Shown: positions 10,040 to 20,259 of the stretch, in pieces
Layout of the letters: every line of letters starts with the position of its first letter
Position numbering within the stretch: the stretch's first letter is position 1
Position numbers and translations under genes: made by a program
Origin: an uncultured Chloroflexia bacterium
GTDB taxonomy: Bacteria > Chloroflexota > UBA6077 > JACCZL01
Assembly (NCBI GenBank): GCA_963765765.1
Contig: CAVXYC010000019.1
Span: 224,001 to 288,000 of the forward strand
Reading direction: 5' to 3'
DNA: 64,000 nt
The notes under the pieces: generated by a model
Database searches by the model: none
Seen by the model: the letters and a program-made list of their open reading frames with translations, nothing else
What the model was told of the DNA's origin: nothing

Positions 10040-10142
10040 GACCCCACCCCGGCCCTCCCCGCTGCGGCAGGGAGGGAGCCGGATTCCCCTTTCACTAAAC
10101 ACGCTCCCTCCCTGCCGCAGCGGGGAGGGCCTGGGTGGGGTC
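10040..10142. repeat. BoxC-like palindromic element, copy 1
   Basis: gaccccaccccggccctccccgctgcggcagggagggagc ... gctccctccctgccgcagcggggagggcctgggtggggtc; related copies at 15734 and 45910. Confidence 0.85.
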
Positions 10143-10204
10143 GTTTCTCCTGACGTGAGGGTCGAGCGCTCACTTTTTAGTTGTCGACTGCTAACGGCTA
10201 CCGG

Positions 10205-11173
10205 TCAACCCTTTTTCCCGAACCTCCGGCTCAACACCGCCCCGACATCGCGGACTTCTTCGGGCATGGCGTTGGGCATGAGGTTGAAGATCATGCCGTT
10301 CAGGCCGGCGTCGAAGTAGGGCTGGACCTGGTCACCGATTGAGCTCGGGTCACCCACTATCGTTGTGGCGCGCACCATCTCGCGCATTTGCGATGGGACG
10401 TTCGCGAGCATCGCTTCAAAGCGGCGGCTAGCCTCATCTTGAGTTGAAGCGAAGATCATGCTGCCGAGGCGAGTGCGCGTGATCTCGGACGGATCGCGCC
10501 CAACGTCACGGCAATGCTGGTCGAGTACGTCCAGCTTGCGCCGGATCTCATCGGCCGAGCCGAAGATGTTGCAAGCGTCGGCGTACTGAGCCACAAGCCG
10601 CAGCGTGCGTTTCTCGCCGCCTCCACCAATCATGATTCTCGGACCGCCAGGCTGGACCGGCCGCGGATTGTTCAGGGCGTTATGGACGCTGTGGTACTTG
10701 CCCTCCACGGTTGCGGATTCTTCAGTGAACATGGCTTTACAGATCCGCAGCGTGTCTTCCAGGCGGTCCATACGCTCACCGGTGGACGGCCAATCGTAGC
10801 CGTAGCGGCGGGCTTCGTCCTCATTCCAGGCGGCACCGATGCCCAGGATGGCACGGCCATTGGAGACGATGTCAAGCGTGGTGATCATCTTTGCCAGCAG
10901 GGCGGGATTGCGGTAGACGACGCCGGTCACGAGCGCACCGAGCTTGATTTTCGATGTGCATGCTGCAATGGCCGGGAGCAGCGAATAGGCCTCCAGCATG
11001 GGCTCCTCGGGCGGCCCGATCATGCCGATCTGCTGGAAATGGTCCATCACGAAGAACGAGTCGAATCCGGACTCCTCGGCAGCGCAGGCAATGGCCAGGA
11101 CGCGTTCGAACAGCCGGTCGTTGGGGACATCGGAGTAGGTAAAGCGCGGGAGCTGGAAGCCGAGTCTGAGCAT
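10205..11173 (-). CDS. LLM class, probably F420-dependent, oxidoreductase (Rv1855c-like)
   Basis: MDHFQQI, LVTGVVYRNPALLAK, GIGAAWNE, IGGGGEKRTL; start placed at MLRLGFQLP. Confidence 0.85.
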   Translation of the reverse strand: MLRLGFQLPRFTYSDVPNDRLFERVLAIACAAEESGFDSFFVMDHFQQIGMIGPPEEPMLEAYSLLPAIAACTSKIKLGALVTGVVYRNPALLAKMITTLDIVSNGRAILGIGAAWNEDEARRYGYDWPSTGERMDRLEDTLRICKAMFTEESATVEGKYHSVHNALNNPRPVQPGGPRIMIGGGGEKRTLRLVAQYADACNIFGSADEIRRKLDVLDQHCRDVGRDPSEITRTRLGSMIFASTQDEASRRFEAMLANVPSQMREMVRATTIVGDPSSIGDQVQPYFDAGLNGMIFNLMPNAMPEEVRDVGAVLSRRFGKKG

Positions 11174-11385
11174 GGTGGGTCTCCGTGGCGGGGAAGCTAC
11201 GGGCGCGCGGTGCAGAGAATGTGCCGTGGGCGCGATCAGCCAACGTAGTGGCATTCCCTCGTGGGCGCCACCCAGAAATCCTGGCTCCCGATCGCTGTCA
11301 ATGATTTCTAGGTCGCGCCCACAAGGGAATGCCACTACATTGGTGGCAGTATGCGGCGGTCGGTCCGCGTTATGGGCGCGATGTA

Positions 11386-11414
11386 TTGCGCATTAACGAA
11401 AATATCGTTACGAT
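11386..11414 (+). promoter_or_regulatory. Sigma70-type promoter with an embedded 17-bp palindromic operator
   Basis: -35 TTGCGC (11386-11391), 17-nt spacer, -10 TACGAT (11409-11414); TAACGA-AAATA-TCGTTA at 11394-11410. Confidence 0.7.
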
Positions 11415-11420
11415 GATGGT

Positions 11421-12948
11421 GTGATGACTGCCGATCAGGACAATCCTGCTGCTTCGATCATCCGCCGCTTTGGCGGGCAGTCGGCGTTGGCGGCGCTGCT
11501 GGGGCGGCGGCAGAGCACCGTGGAGCATTGGGCTCAGACCGGGCGCATTCCGGCGCAGTGGCAGCAACCGCTCATGTCGTTAGCACGAACGCGAGGTATC
11601 GTCTTGGAAGCAAAAGATTTCGCACCCACTCAGCCGCAGCCGATCAAGCCTGCCAACGGCAAGCTGGGCGTCCTGGTGGTGGGGCTGGGCGCGGTGGCGT
11701 CCACGTTCATCGCCGGGGTTGAGCTGGCGCGCCAGGGCAAGGGCCAGCTCGTGGGCTCGCTCACGCAGATGGGCACCATTCGGCTGGGCAAGCGGACCGA
11801 GCAGCGCTCGCCGTTGATCAAGCAGTTCGTGGACCTGGCCGGCCTGGACGATCTCGTCTTCGGCGCGTGGGACCCGTTTCGGGACAACGCGTACGAGGCA
11901 GCGCTCAAATGCGGCGTGCTGAACAAGTACGAGCACATCTACCCGATCCGCGAGTTCCTCGAGAGCATCGAGCCGATGCCGGCCGCGTTCGACCAGTTCT
12001 ACGTGAAGCGGCTGGACGGTCCGAACACGAAGAGCAAGAAGAACAAGCTCGAGGTGGCCGAGGCGATCCGCCAGGATATCCGCAACTTCAAAGAGAAGAA
12101 CAACTGCGATCGGTTGGTAATGATCTGGGCAGCCTCCACCGAGATCTTCATGGACGAGCACGAGGTTCACGCCACGCCGGAGAGTCTGCGCGCCGCCATG
12201 GAGGCGAACGACCCGAACATCCCCTCGTCCATGCTCTACGCCTACGCCGCGCTGATGGAGGGCGTGCCGTTTGCCAATGGCGCGCCGAACCTGACGGTGG
12301 ACGTGCCGGCGATGATGGAGCTTGCCAATTGAGAACGGCGTGCCGATCTGCGGCAAGGACTTCAAGACGGGTCAGACGCTGATCAAGACGGCCGTGGCGC
12401 CGATGCTGAAGGCCCGCATGCTGGGCGTGAAGGGCTGGTACTCCACCAACATTCTGGGCAATCGCGATGGCGAGGTGCTGGACGATCCCGAGAGCTTCAA
12501 GACGAAGGAAGAGTCCAAGCTGGGCGCGCTGGAGTACATCCTTCAGCCTGAGCTGTATGCCGAGCTCTACAACGATCTCTACCACAAGGTGCGGATCAAC
12601 TATTACCCGCCCCGCGGCGACGAGAAAGAGGGCTGGGACAACATCGACATCTTCGGGTGGCTGGGTTACCCAATGCAGATCAAGATCGATTTCCTGTGCC
12701 GGGACTCAATCCTGGCGGCGCCGCTGGTGCTGGATCTGGTGCTCTTCCAGGACCTGGCGCAGCGCGCGGGACTCAAGGGCATTCAGGAGTGGCTCAGCTT
12801 CTACTTCAAGAGCCCCCAGCACGCGCCCAAGGTGTACCCCGAGCACGATCTCTTCATTCAGCAGACCAAGCTGAAGAACACGCTCCGCTGGCTCATGGGC
12901 GAGGAGCAGATCACCCACCTGGGCATGGAGTACTACCAGGACGAGTAG
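11421..12948 (+). CDS. ino1: Myo-inositol-1-phosphate synthase with N-terminal Cro-like HTH (frameshift near 12325)
   Basis: GLGAVASTF, GSLTQMGTIRLG, NGAPN, GKDFKTGQT, STNILGNRDG, DFLCRDSILAAP, SFYFKSP; first ~66 aa IIRRFGGQSALAALLGRRQSTVEHWAQTGRIP look like a Cro HTH. Confidence 0.9.
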
Positions 12949-13085
12949 AGGCGCCCTGGCGGGCGCGGTGAAGAGTTAAGGGTGAGGGCTGGCCTTAGGT
13001 CCAGTACCCTCCTTCGTCACTCTTCAGTCCCGGCACGCGGTCTGCCGATCTTTACCGGCTGTCAATGAATGCCGGGAGGTGATGT

Positions 13086-13529
13086 ATGACGGCGGGATTT
13101 TCAGCGGTGGATCGCTTCGCCGATACGAGAACTATCCTTCTCACCACGTACCGCCGCGACGGCTCGCCTGTGGGGACGCCCGTGAACGTCGTTGTGGAAA
13201 ACGGTCGGGCGCTCATACGCACCTGGGATACGGCGGGCAAGCTCAAGCGAATGCGCAACAATCCGGAAGTCGAGATTGCTCCCTCGACATTTCGGGGCAA
13301 GGTGACCGGACCGGCAATGCGCGCCCGGGCGCGCGTACTGAGCGGTGCACAATCAGAGCGGGCGCGCAAGCTCCTCGGTCGGAAGTACCCGTTCCTGCAA
13401 GGATTCCTGGTGCCGTTGATCCACCGTCTTCAGCACCAAGAAACGATGCACATCGAGTTGATGCCACTCGATGATGGGTCTACCCTGGAGGCGGCCGCGG
13501 CGGGCACGCTCAGAACCACCGCTGAGTGA
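13086..13529 (+). CDS. PPOX class, probably F420-dependent, oxidoreductase (Rv2061-like)
   Basis: LTTYRRDGSPVGTPV, GKLKRMRNNP; GGAGG RBS. Confidence 0.85.
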   Translation: MTAGFSAVDRFADTRTILLTTYRRDGSPVGTPVNVVVENGRALIRTWDTAGKLKRMRNNPEVEIAPSTFRGKVTGPAMRARARVLSGAQSERARKLLGRKYPFLQGFLVPLIHRLQHQETMHIELMPLDDGSTLEAAAAGTLRTTAE

Positions 13530-13663
13530 GCTGCTCAAGCATGGTTCACGGACGGGCTCCAGGACAAATGTCGCCTAATTGACAGCGTCGATGTCCACGA
13601 TCTGACACCGCTTGTGTGAGAACGGAGCGACGATACCGAGAGAGAAATAGAAGGGTATCGTCC

Positions 13664-14260
13664 ATGACCCCCCAATGCAGACGATATGCATCGGCGGCGT
13701 GTGCCGCCCTGGCGCTTGCCTCTGTCACACTTCAATTCCCGCCACAGGCCGGCGCGCATCCGTGCGCACCTGCACTCGAGTCAGAATTCGATCCGGAGCT
13801 CGGCGGGTCGCCCACCCAAGGGCGGGGTCCTGACCTGGTCATTCGCAATCTCAGCATTGAACTGCTAAGTCAACGGCGCATGGACGGCGCTCCACCGTTG
13901 TTGATCTGGGTGCAAGTGGAGAACATCGGCGATCAGATTGCCGAGCCCGCAAGCGTGCATTTCCGCTATCGCGAGTATGACAGCCGTGCGCCATATGACG
14001 GAGAGTGGGCAGACGTCGGCAGGCACGCGCTGGACAGTGTGGGCCTCGCGCCAGGCACGTTCAAGCAATATCCGTTCATCGCGTCTCTGGAATACCACGC
14101 CTCGGATGACGCCCGCTATTCGCAGGTTTTCGAGGCCATCGTGGACCATGACGGCCTGGTTCAGGAGCGCTGCGGCGTGGGCGAATCGAACAACGCTTAT
14201 ACCGAGACGATCTCGTTAACGCAGCCTGAGGCGCCGATGCTCTGGGGCCGTGGCGGGTGA
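13664..14260 (+). CDS. Secreted CARDB/Ig-like domain protein
   Basis: Signal-peptide-like N-terminus; PDLVI...VENIG...VDHDGLVQE...ESNN pattern. Confidence 0.55.
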   Translation: MTPQCRRYASAACAALALASVTLQFPPQAGAHPCAPALESEFDPELGGSPTQGRGPDLVIRNLSIELLSQRRMDGAPPLLIWVQVENIGDQIAEPASVHFRYREYDSRAPYDGEWADVGRHALDSVGLAPGTFKQYPFIASLEYHASDDARYSQVFEAIVDHDGLVQERCGVGESNNAYTETISLTQPEAPMLWGRGG

Positions 14261-14298
14261 GCGGGCCTCGGCGGGCTCTCGTCATTTGCTCACGAAAT

Positions 14299-14390
14299 CC
14301 CTGTCATCCTGAGCGGCGGCGAAGGATCTTCCCCACCGGGGGTCAGGAGTTCGATGGGGAGATCCTACGCCGCCGCTCAGGATGACAGGG
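14299..14390. repeat. REP-like palindrome, GTCATCCTGAG family
   Basis: ccctgtcatcctgagcggcggcgaaggatct ... agatcctacgccgccgctcaggatgacaggg. Confidence 0.8.
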
Positions 14391-14538
14391 CTAACGGTGG
14401 AGAAGGGTGGTGGACTAAGCGCGTTGGCAGATTTGCCCGTCGTCCTCAGCTTATGCTGAGGTCGTTCATCTCCGTAAGAGTGCTAGTGCGGAGTACTGTT
14501 AGGCTCACCTCGTTAGCTCCTCAAATAGGAGGAATGTC

Positions 14539-15711
14539 ATGACTGCAGTGACGGATACTGACCGCGACCGCGTTTCGGCTGCCGTGGCCAAGGCGGCGCC
14601 CACTATTCAGGAGCATCGCGACGAGGCGGAGCTAGATCGGCAACTGCCAGCGAGCGTGATGAGCGCCATGTTGGATGCCGGGTTGTTCACCATGTGGACC
14701 GCGCGCGAATACGGTGGGGCGGAAGTCGAACTTTCCAGCTTCATGGAGGGTGTCGAAGCGGTTTCGCGCATCGATGCCGCCTCGGGCTGGGTTCTGGCCA
14801 ACCTGGTTGGTGGCGCGGTGCTGGCAGCGTATCTACCAGAACAGAGCGCTCGTGAGATCTATGCGAACGGGCCAAACGTGCCAATTGCCGGATCGGTGAT
14901 TCCCAATGGCCACGCGGTTCCAGCGGACGGCGGATACCGACTCAGCGGGCGGTGGCCTCTGGCAAGTGGTTGCCAGCACGCTGCCTGGCTGGCGTGCGTT
15001 GCGCTTGTGTTCGATGACGATACGCCTCGCATGAGCCCTCACGGAGGTCCCGACTTCAAGAACATGTTCTTCAAGCGCGAAGACTGCCAGATCCTGGACA
15101 CGTGGAATTCGGTGGGGCTGCGAGGCACAGGTAGTACGGACATCACCGTAAGCGAGATCTTTATTCCTGAGGAGCGTGTGTACTCGGTGTTCACGGCTCC
15201 GCCGACGGCGTCCGGCCCCCTCTACAAGATCGGCATCCTGAACCTCTTCAGCATGGTGCTCTCAATCGTGTCCTTGGGCATTGCTCGTGCGGCCATCGAT
15301 TCGTTCGTCGAGCTTGCAAAGGCGAAAACACCAACCCTGAGTCAGACAGGGCTGGCAAATCGTGCGACTATCCATGCCGAGGTTGCGCGCACGGAGGCGC
15401 TGGTGCAGTCGGCGCGTGCGTATCTCTACGAGGTCGCCAGAGATCTCATGGCCGCGGTGTCGGCCGGGGACGGCGTGTCGGAAGACGTCGAGGCACGGCG
15501 TAGGCTGGCCTGCGTCAATGTCGGTGAGAGCAGCCGCAAGGCTGTTGACACGATGTTCGCCTTGGCGGGCGCAACGCCGGTCTACTCTGGGCATCGCCTG
15601 GAGCGCTGCCTACGAGACGTTCACACGGCCAGCCAGCACCTGGTGGTGTCACCAGTCTGGTGGGAGAAGACCGGGCAATTCTATTTTGGACACGGCTTGG
15701 GGATGCCTTAG
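14539..15711 (+). CDS. Acyl-CoA-dehydrogenase-fold flavin-dependent monooxygenase (HsaA/IacA-like)
   Basis: GRWPLASGCQHA, DTWNSVGLRGTGS, LERCLRDVHTASQH; AGGAGG RBS. Confidence 0.85.
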   Translation: MTAVTDTDRDRVSAAVAKAAPTIQEHRDEAELDRQLPASVMSAMLDAGLFTMWTAREYGGAEVELSSFMEGVEAVSRIDAASGWVLANLVGGAVLAAYLPEQSAREIYANGPNVPIAGSVIPNGHAVPADGGYRLSGRWPLASGCQHAAWLACVALVFDDDTPRMSPHGGPDFKNMFFKREDCQILDTWNSVGLRGTGSTDITVSEIFIPEERVYSVFTAPPTASGPLYKIGILNLFSMVLSIVSLGIARAAIDSFVELAKAKTPTLSQTGLANRATIHAEVARTEALVQSARAYLYEVARDLMAAVSAGDGVSEDVEARRRLACVNVGESSRKAVDTMFALAGATPVYSGHRLERCLRDVHTASQHLVVSPVWWEKTGQFYFGHGLGMP

Positions 15712-15733
15712 GGCTTGTTTGTTGCGAGAGAAT

Positions 15734-15851
15734 GACCCCACTCCAGCCCTCCCCGCTGCGGCAGGGAGGGAGCCGGATCGAGAGAAAATCTGGCTGCGCA
15801 CGGAAGCCGCGGCTCCCTCCCTGCCGCAGCGGGGAGGGCTGGGGTAGGGTC
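15734..15851. repeat. BoxC-like palindromic element, copy 2
   Basis: Same arms as 10040-10142 with a different loop. Confidence 0.85.
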
Positions 15852-15868
15852 GTTCTTCTTGGACTCCT

Positions 15869-17128
15869 TTAGTCAGCCGCCTGCACCTCGCGCAATCGCC
15901 GCTCCAGATATCGACGCTCGCTCTCATTGGTCACCATCTCGAGGGCGCGCTGGTAGGCCTGGGCGGATTCGGACAACGATCCCAGGCGGCGCAGGAGATC
16001 GGCCCGGGAGGCGTGGAGGAGGTGGTACTCTTTCAAGTCGCCGCTGGAATCCAACTCATCGATGAGCTCCAGGCCACGTTGCGGTCCCTGCGCCATAGCC
16101 ACGGCGACAGCGCGATTGAGCGAGACCACGGCGGATGGCTGCACGGTCGCCAGCACGTCATACAGCCTCATGATCTGCGGCCAGTCCGTTTCTTCCGCGT
16201 GAGCAGACTCACAATGCAGCGCCGCAATAGCGGCCTGTAGCGCGATAGGCGCCGGACCGCCGGAGAGTGCCTCTTCAACGAGAGGTAGCGCCTCGGCAAT
16301 CTGAGCCCGATTCCAAAGCGAGCGGTCCTGGTCTTCGAGCACGATGAGATCGCCCGACGCGTCCAGGCGAGCCTCGCGTCTGGAATCCTGCAGCAGCATG
16401 AGCGCCAGGAGCGCCGTGACCTCCGTCGGCGGGTCTGGCTTCAGTAGATCGCGTAGCAGTCGTCCTAGCTGGATCGCCTCGGCGCACAGGTCGGTGCGCA
16501 CTAGCTGGTCACCCCGCGTGGCCGCGTATCCCTCATTGAAGATCAGGTAGATAACGCTGAGCACCGCCTCCAGACGTTCCGGTAAATCCGGGGCGCTGGG
16601 AACCTTGAACGGGATGCCAGCATCGCGAATCTTGCGCTTGGCTCGCACAAGGCGCTGCGCCATGGTGGCGGTGGGCACGAGAAACGCGCGTGCTATCTCG
16701 TCCGTCTCCAGGCCACCCAGGGAGCGCAGCGTGAGGGCCACCTGCACTTCCGGCGCAAGAGCGGGGTGGCAGCAGGTGAAGATTAGTTTGAGGCGGTCGT
16801 CGGGGATGTCGCCCGTTTCCTCGAGCGTCTCACTTTTCTCGGCGCCCAGTTCCGTGGACGCATAGTCGACGAGCTTTTCCTGGTAGCGCTTGCGCCGGCG
16901 CAGATTGTCGATCGCTTTGTTGCGGGCTGTCTGGACGATCCAGGCGCGGGGAGAGTCCGGGATGCCTGAGATGCGCCACTGTGTGACCGCGGTGGCAAAG
17001 GCTTCCTGCGCGGCGTCCTCCGCCACCTCGAAATCGCCCAGGTGGCGAATCAGTGTGGCAACGATCCGACCCCAGTCCTCACGATAGACAGTGTCAACGG
17101 CGAGCTCGGCTGCATCGATGGACAACAT
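15869..17128 (-). CDS. ECF42-type sigma factor with DUF6596/TPR extension
   Basis: [48 protein letters not shown]; TACAAT 6 nt upstream of ATG suggests a leaderless mRNA. Confidence 0.9.
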   Translation of the reverse strand: MLSIDAAELAVDTVYREDWGRIVATLIRHLGDFEVAEDAAQEAFATAVTQWRISGIPDSPRAWIVQTARNKAIDNLRRRKRYQEKLVDYASTELGAEKSETLEETGDIPDDRLKLIFTCCHPALAPEVQVALTLRSLGGLETDEIARAFLVPTATMAQRLVRAKRKIRDAGIPFKVPSAPDLPERLEAVLSVIYLIFNEGYAATRGDQLVRTDLCAEAIQLGRLLRDLLKPDPPTEVTALLALMLLQDSRREARLDASGDLIVLEDQDRSLWNRAQIAEALPLVEEALSGGPAPIALQAAIAALHCESAHAEETDWPQIMRLYDVLATVQPSAVVSLNRAVAVAMAQGPQRGLELIDELDSSGDLKEYHLLHASRADLLRRLGSLSESAQAYQRALEMVTNESERRYLERRLREVQAAD

Positions 17129-17145
17129 TGCGTGATTGTAATCAT

Positions 17146-17172
17146 TGTCGATCTCGAATCTCGCCGTTCGTC
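17146..17172 (+). promoter_or_regulatory. ECF42-type promoter for the DGPF-VOC operon
   Basis: TGTCGA-N17-CGTC, 20 bp upstream of the DGPF ATG. Confidence 0.65.
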
Positions 17173-17192
17173 ACACCAGTGGAGGCACTTCC

Positions 17193-17591
17193 ATGCAGTA
17201 CATGCTGCTCATTCATTTTGAAGAACCGATCTGGGACGAGTTTAGTGACACGGTGCACAAGCAGGTCCTGGATGAATACATGGGAATCATCAGCGACCTG
17301 GAGGTCAAAGGACAGTATCTGAGCGCAAGCCCACTCTATCCGACCTCCGCAGCTACCAGCGTGAAGGTGCGTGAGGGAAAGCCGCTGGTGACAGATGGGC
17401 CCTTCGCCGAGACTCGCGAACAGCTTGGGGGCTATTTCCTCATCGATGTGAATGACCTGGATGAGGCGCTGGCAGTAGCCAAGAGGTTGCCCGGCGCACG
17501 CTACGGCACAGTGGAGGTCCGCCCACTGATGTCAATTCCCGAGCATTTCGGAGTATCTGAAGAGGCCGCGGGCCACGCTCCGCGAGTGTAA
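17193..17591 (+). CDS. YCII-related (DGPF) protein
   Basis: TDGPFAETREQLGGYF...EVRP; GGAGG RBS. Confidence 0.9.
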   Translation: MQYMLLIHFEEPIWDEFSDTVHKQVLDEYMGIISDLEVKGQYLSASPLYPTSAATSVKVREGKPLVTDGPFAETREQLGGYFLIDVNDLDEALAVAKRLPGARYGTVEVRPLMSIPEHFGVSEEAAGHAPRV

Positions 17592-17621
17592 CGTCACGAT
17601 AGCACGCTATAGGGAGATTTC

Positions 17622-18023
17622 ATGATTTCAAAGATTCACTCCACCGCCATTGTCGTATCCGATCAGGAAGCCGCTCTCAAGTTCTATACGGAGATTCTGG
17701 GCTGGGAGAAGCGCACTGAGTTCAGGATGGATGAGAACTATCGATTCCTCACCGTGGCACCCGTCGGTGCGGACACGGAGCTTGCGCTCGAGCCGGGCAG
17801 ACTTCATGGGGTTCAAGCCGGCATCTGCATCTTCCCCGAGACGCCCATGAGCCCGCCGTCCACGGGGATCTCTCTGGCCGTGGAGGATATCGAGGCGACG
17901 TACAGCTCACTCGTGGAAAAAGGCGTCAAGTTCTCAGGCCCGCTTCAGGACATGCCCTGGGGTGATAAAGCGACCTGGTTGATCGACCCGGATGGGAACG
18001 CATTCTTCTTCGTCGGAAGCTGA
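17622..18023 (+). CDS. VOC/glyoxalase family protein
   Basis: VSDQEAALKFYTEILG, DMPWG...DPDGN. Confidence 0.85.
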   Translation: MISKIHSTAIVVSDQEAALKFYTEILGWEKRTEFRMDENYRFLTVAPVGADTELALEPGRLHGVQAGICIFPETPMSPPSTGISLAVEDIEATYSSLVEKGVKFSGPLQDMPWGDKATWLIDPDGNAFFFVGS

Positions 18024-18182
18024 GGCAGGCGGGCCGCCAATGTGGCAACGCCGTTTACAGATTCTCCGCCTTGATCGTATCCACAATGTTGCCGTTGCGG
18101 ATCAACGCCCCCGGAGACCGTCCGAGCACGTATGCGGATTTCGGCAAACCGGCGTATGCCCTCGGCTCGTATCTTGGCGCAG

Positions 18183-18219
18183 GGCTAGGACCGCCGATAG
18201 AATATCGGCGGTCCTAGCC
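18183..18219. terminator. Perfect hairpin between convergent genes
   Basis: ggctaggaccgccgata-gaa-tatcggcggtcctagcc; no U-tract. Confidence 0.45.
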
Positions 18220-18284
18220 TAGTGCGGGCCGGTAGGGCGAGCGTGTAGTCTCGGATTTAGGACTCGGGCCAACAAGCTCAATGG

Positions 18285-18842
18285 CTACCTTCTCGCCTCA
18301 TACCGCAGCGCTACCGCCCCTGAGTTGAACTCCAGCCGGCTCACGAGCTTCAAGTCGATGTATGTCGATAGTCCCGCGAACAACGTCGGCCCATGGCCCG
18401 CTATTCTCGGCTGCACCACAAACTCGTACTCATCAATCAATCCCAGCTCAGCCAGCGCCAGCGGGAGCTGTACGCCCCCCACGAACAGCCCTCGACCCGG
18501 CTCATCTTTGAGCTGTTGAACAGCCTTCCCCAGATCCCCGCGCACGAGCTCCGCGTTCCAATCGACCCGATCGAGGGTGCTCGAAACGACGTACTTCTTC
18601 GCCGCGTCGATCGACCGGGCGAAGGGTTCCATCCAGTCGGCCATCCAATCAGGCATCGCTCCCGTCGCCGACGGCCGCCACGCTGACTCCATCAGTTCGT
18701 AGGTCACCCGGCCAAAGAGTAGGGCATCGGCCTGCGCGAGGTTCTCGGCCCAGTAACGATGCTGCTCTTCGTCCGGCAAGCCCGCCTGATGATCGACGCA
18801 TCCGTCCAGGGTGACGTTGATGGAATACCGAAGGGGTCGCAT
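18285..18842 (-). CDS. Dihydrofolate reductase/RibD C-terminal family protein
   Basis: NVTLDG, LLFGRVTYELM, KYVVSSTL, GLIDEYEFVVQPRIAGHG. Confidence 0.85.
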   Translation of the reverse strand: MRPLRYSINVTLDGCVDHQAGLPDEEQHRYWAENLAQADALLFGRVTYELMESAWRPSATGAMPDWMADWMEPFARSIDAAKKYVVSSTLDRVDWNAELVRGDLGKAVQQLKDEPGRGLFVGGVQLPLALAELGLIDEYEFVVQPRIAGHGPTLFAGLSTYIDLKLVSRLEFNSGAVALRYEARR

Positions 18843-19139
18843 TGCGTGTACCGTCCGTAGTCGTAGGATGCTCAACACTAGCAGCACAACCTGAGGGAAT
18901 GCCGCCAATGGGCGGTTCAGCAGGGCGGCCCCGCTTCAGACGAAGCCTCTAACGATTGAGCATACGCTCCGCGTCGCCACCTGACAGTACAGCCGCCCGG
19001 GCAGTTACCGAAGATATGCCATGGCGTCTCGCCATCCTCGACCCAGCTGTGCGGTACCGGATATTGCGCCCTGGAGATCAAACCGCCGCGCCCGAGCGCC
19101 GGCGTCCAGTTCACGGTGCAGCTACCCACCGCGCGCCGC

Positions 19140-19705
19140 ACACTGGTATATGACGATCAGGGGATGCGCAGCGTGCCTCGGGCGTAAGAGGGTCCAGGGT
19201 AAACAGCGCCACCAACGCTTCCAGGAGCCGGTGCTGGTTGTCTTTGACCGCCCAGAAATACGCGCCGCCCGCCGCGACCACCTGATGACTCAGGGCACGC
19301 TGGGAAAATTGGGCGTCACCGGTGACCGTGACGCCGTGGAGGCGAGATCGGCCAACAGCGCCTCCGCCAGGCGCAGCTCGTGCTCCTTCAGCGTCCCCCT
19401 TTTTGGCCCAGCACCTGCCCATCCCGAGGCGCGAAGGCGGCCACCAGATGCACGCCCGGAATCTGTTCGCCGTGGATCCCGCGGAGGTGCTTGCCGTCCA
19501 GCGCCACCGCCCCCGTGGAACCGGCCCCCTGGACGCGGGCCCACTCGGCCAGCACCCGTTCGAAGGCGTCGCGGTCGAGATCGCGAAAGACCCGAAACAC
19601 CGTCGCCACGCTCGGGGTGGTGGCCCGGGTGATGCCGAACGCCCCGCGGATCTCGGCCGAGCCCTGATCCCGCCCCCACTGGGCGATGGCATACGCGTAA
19701 GAGGG
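19140..19705 (-). mobile_element. Degenerate ISAs1-family transposase remnant (ends approximate)
   Basis: Across three frames: AIAQWG...TPSVATVFRVF, AVALDGKHLRG, HLVAAF...VLGQ, VTGDAQFSQR, AVKDNQHRL; both termini are missing. Confidence 0.8.
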
Positions 19706-19769
19706 GCGGAGTCCCGACTTCGGAGAGCGCCGACCGGTAAGATGTGTCTCTACATTGGGAGGCTCATTT

Positions 19770-20141
19770 ATGCGCTTCATGTTGCTGATCTACCTGGATG
19801 AGAAGTCCCTGACCAAAGCCGAGTACGAAGAGTGCTACGGGAAATCCGTGGCGTTGGCTCAGGACCTCCAGGCAAGCGGTAAGTTTCTCGCCACGGCTCC
19901 GCTTCAGCCGTCGGACGGGGCCAGGACCGTGCGCATACGGGAAGGGCAACGCATATTGATGGACGGCCCGTTCGCCGAAACGAGGGAGCAGCTCGGCGGC
20001 TACTTCCTGGTTGATGCAGAAAACTATGACGAGGCTGTGGAGATTGCCACGCGTATACCCGGAGCCCAATTCGGCACCGTTGAAGTGCGGCAGGTGACGG
20101 AGATAGGCGATCGGTTCGAAGTGCCAGCGGATACCGTCTGA
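19770..20141 (+). CDS. YCII-related (DGPF) protein
   Basis: MDGPFAETREQLGGYF...EVRQ; GGAGG RBS. Confidence 0.9.
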   Translation: MRFMLLIYLDEKSLTKAEYEECYGKSVALAQDLQASGKFLATAPLQPSDGARTVRIREGQRILMDGPFAETREQLGGYFLVDAENYDEAVEIATRIPGAQFGTVEVRQVTEIGDRFEVPADTV

Positions 20142-20259
20142 GATGCTTTCATGAGGCGCTTCGCGTCCCACAGTCCGGCGGCACAGGACCGCGAGATCAT
20201 CGATTCAGGCCACTGAGCTGCCATTTCGTTCTTTTGAGTGGCTTGGGGGCCTGAGCCGC

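Noticed and set aside
11421-11620. Prophage remnant around the Cro-like domain
   Set aside because: No divergent cI, integrase or other phage genes; the flanks are metabolic genes.
12300-12345. Programmed frameshift in ino1
   Set aside because: No slippery heptamer; similar breaks occur in many unrelated genes, so sequencing error is simpler.
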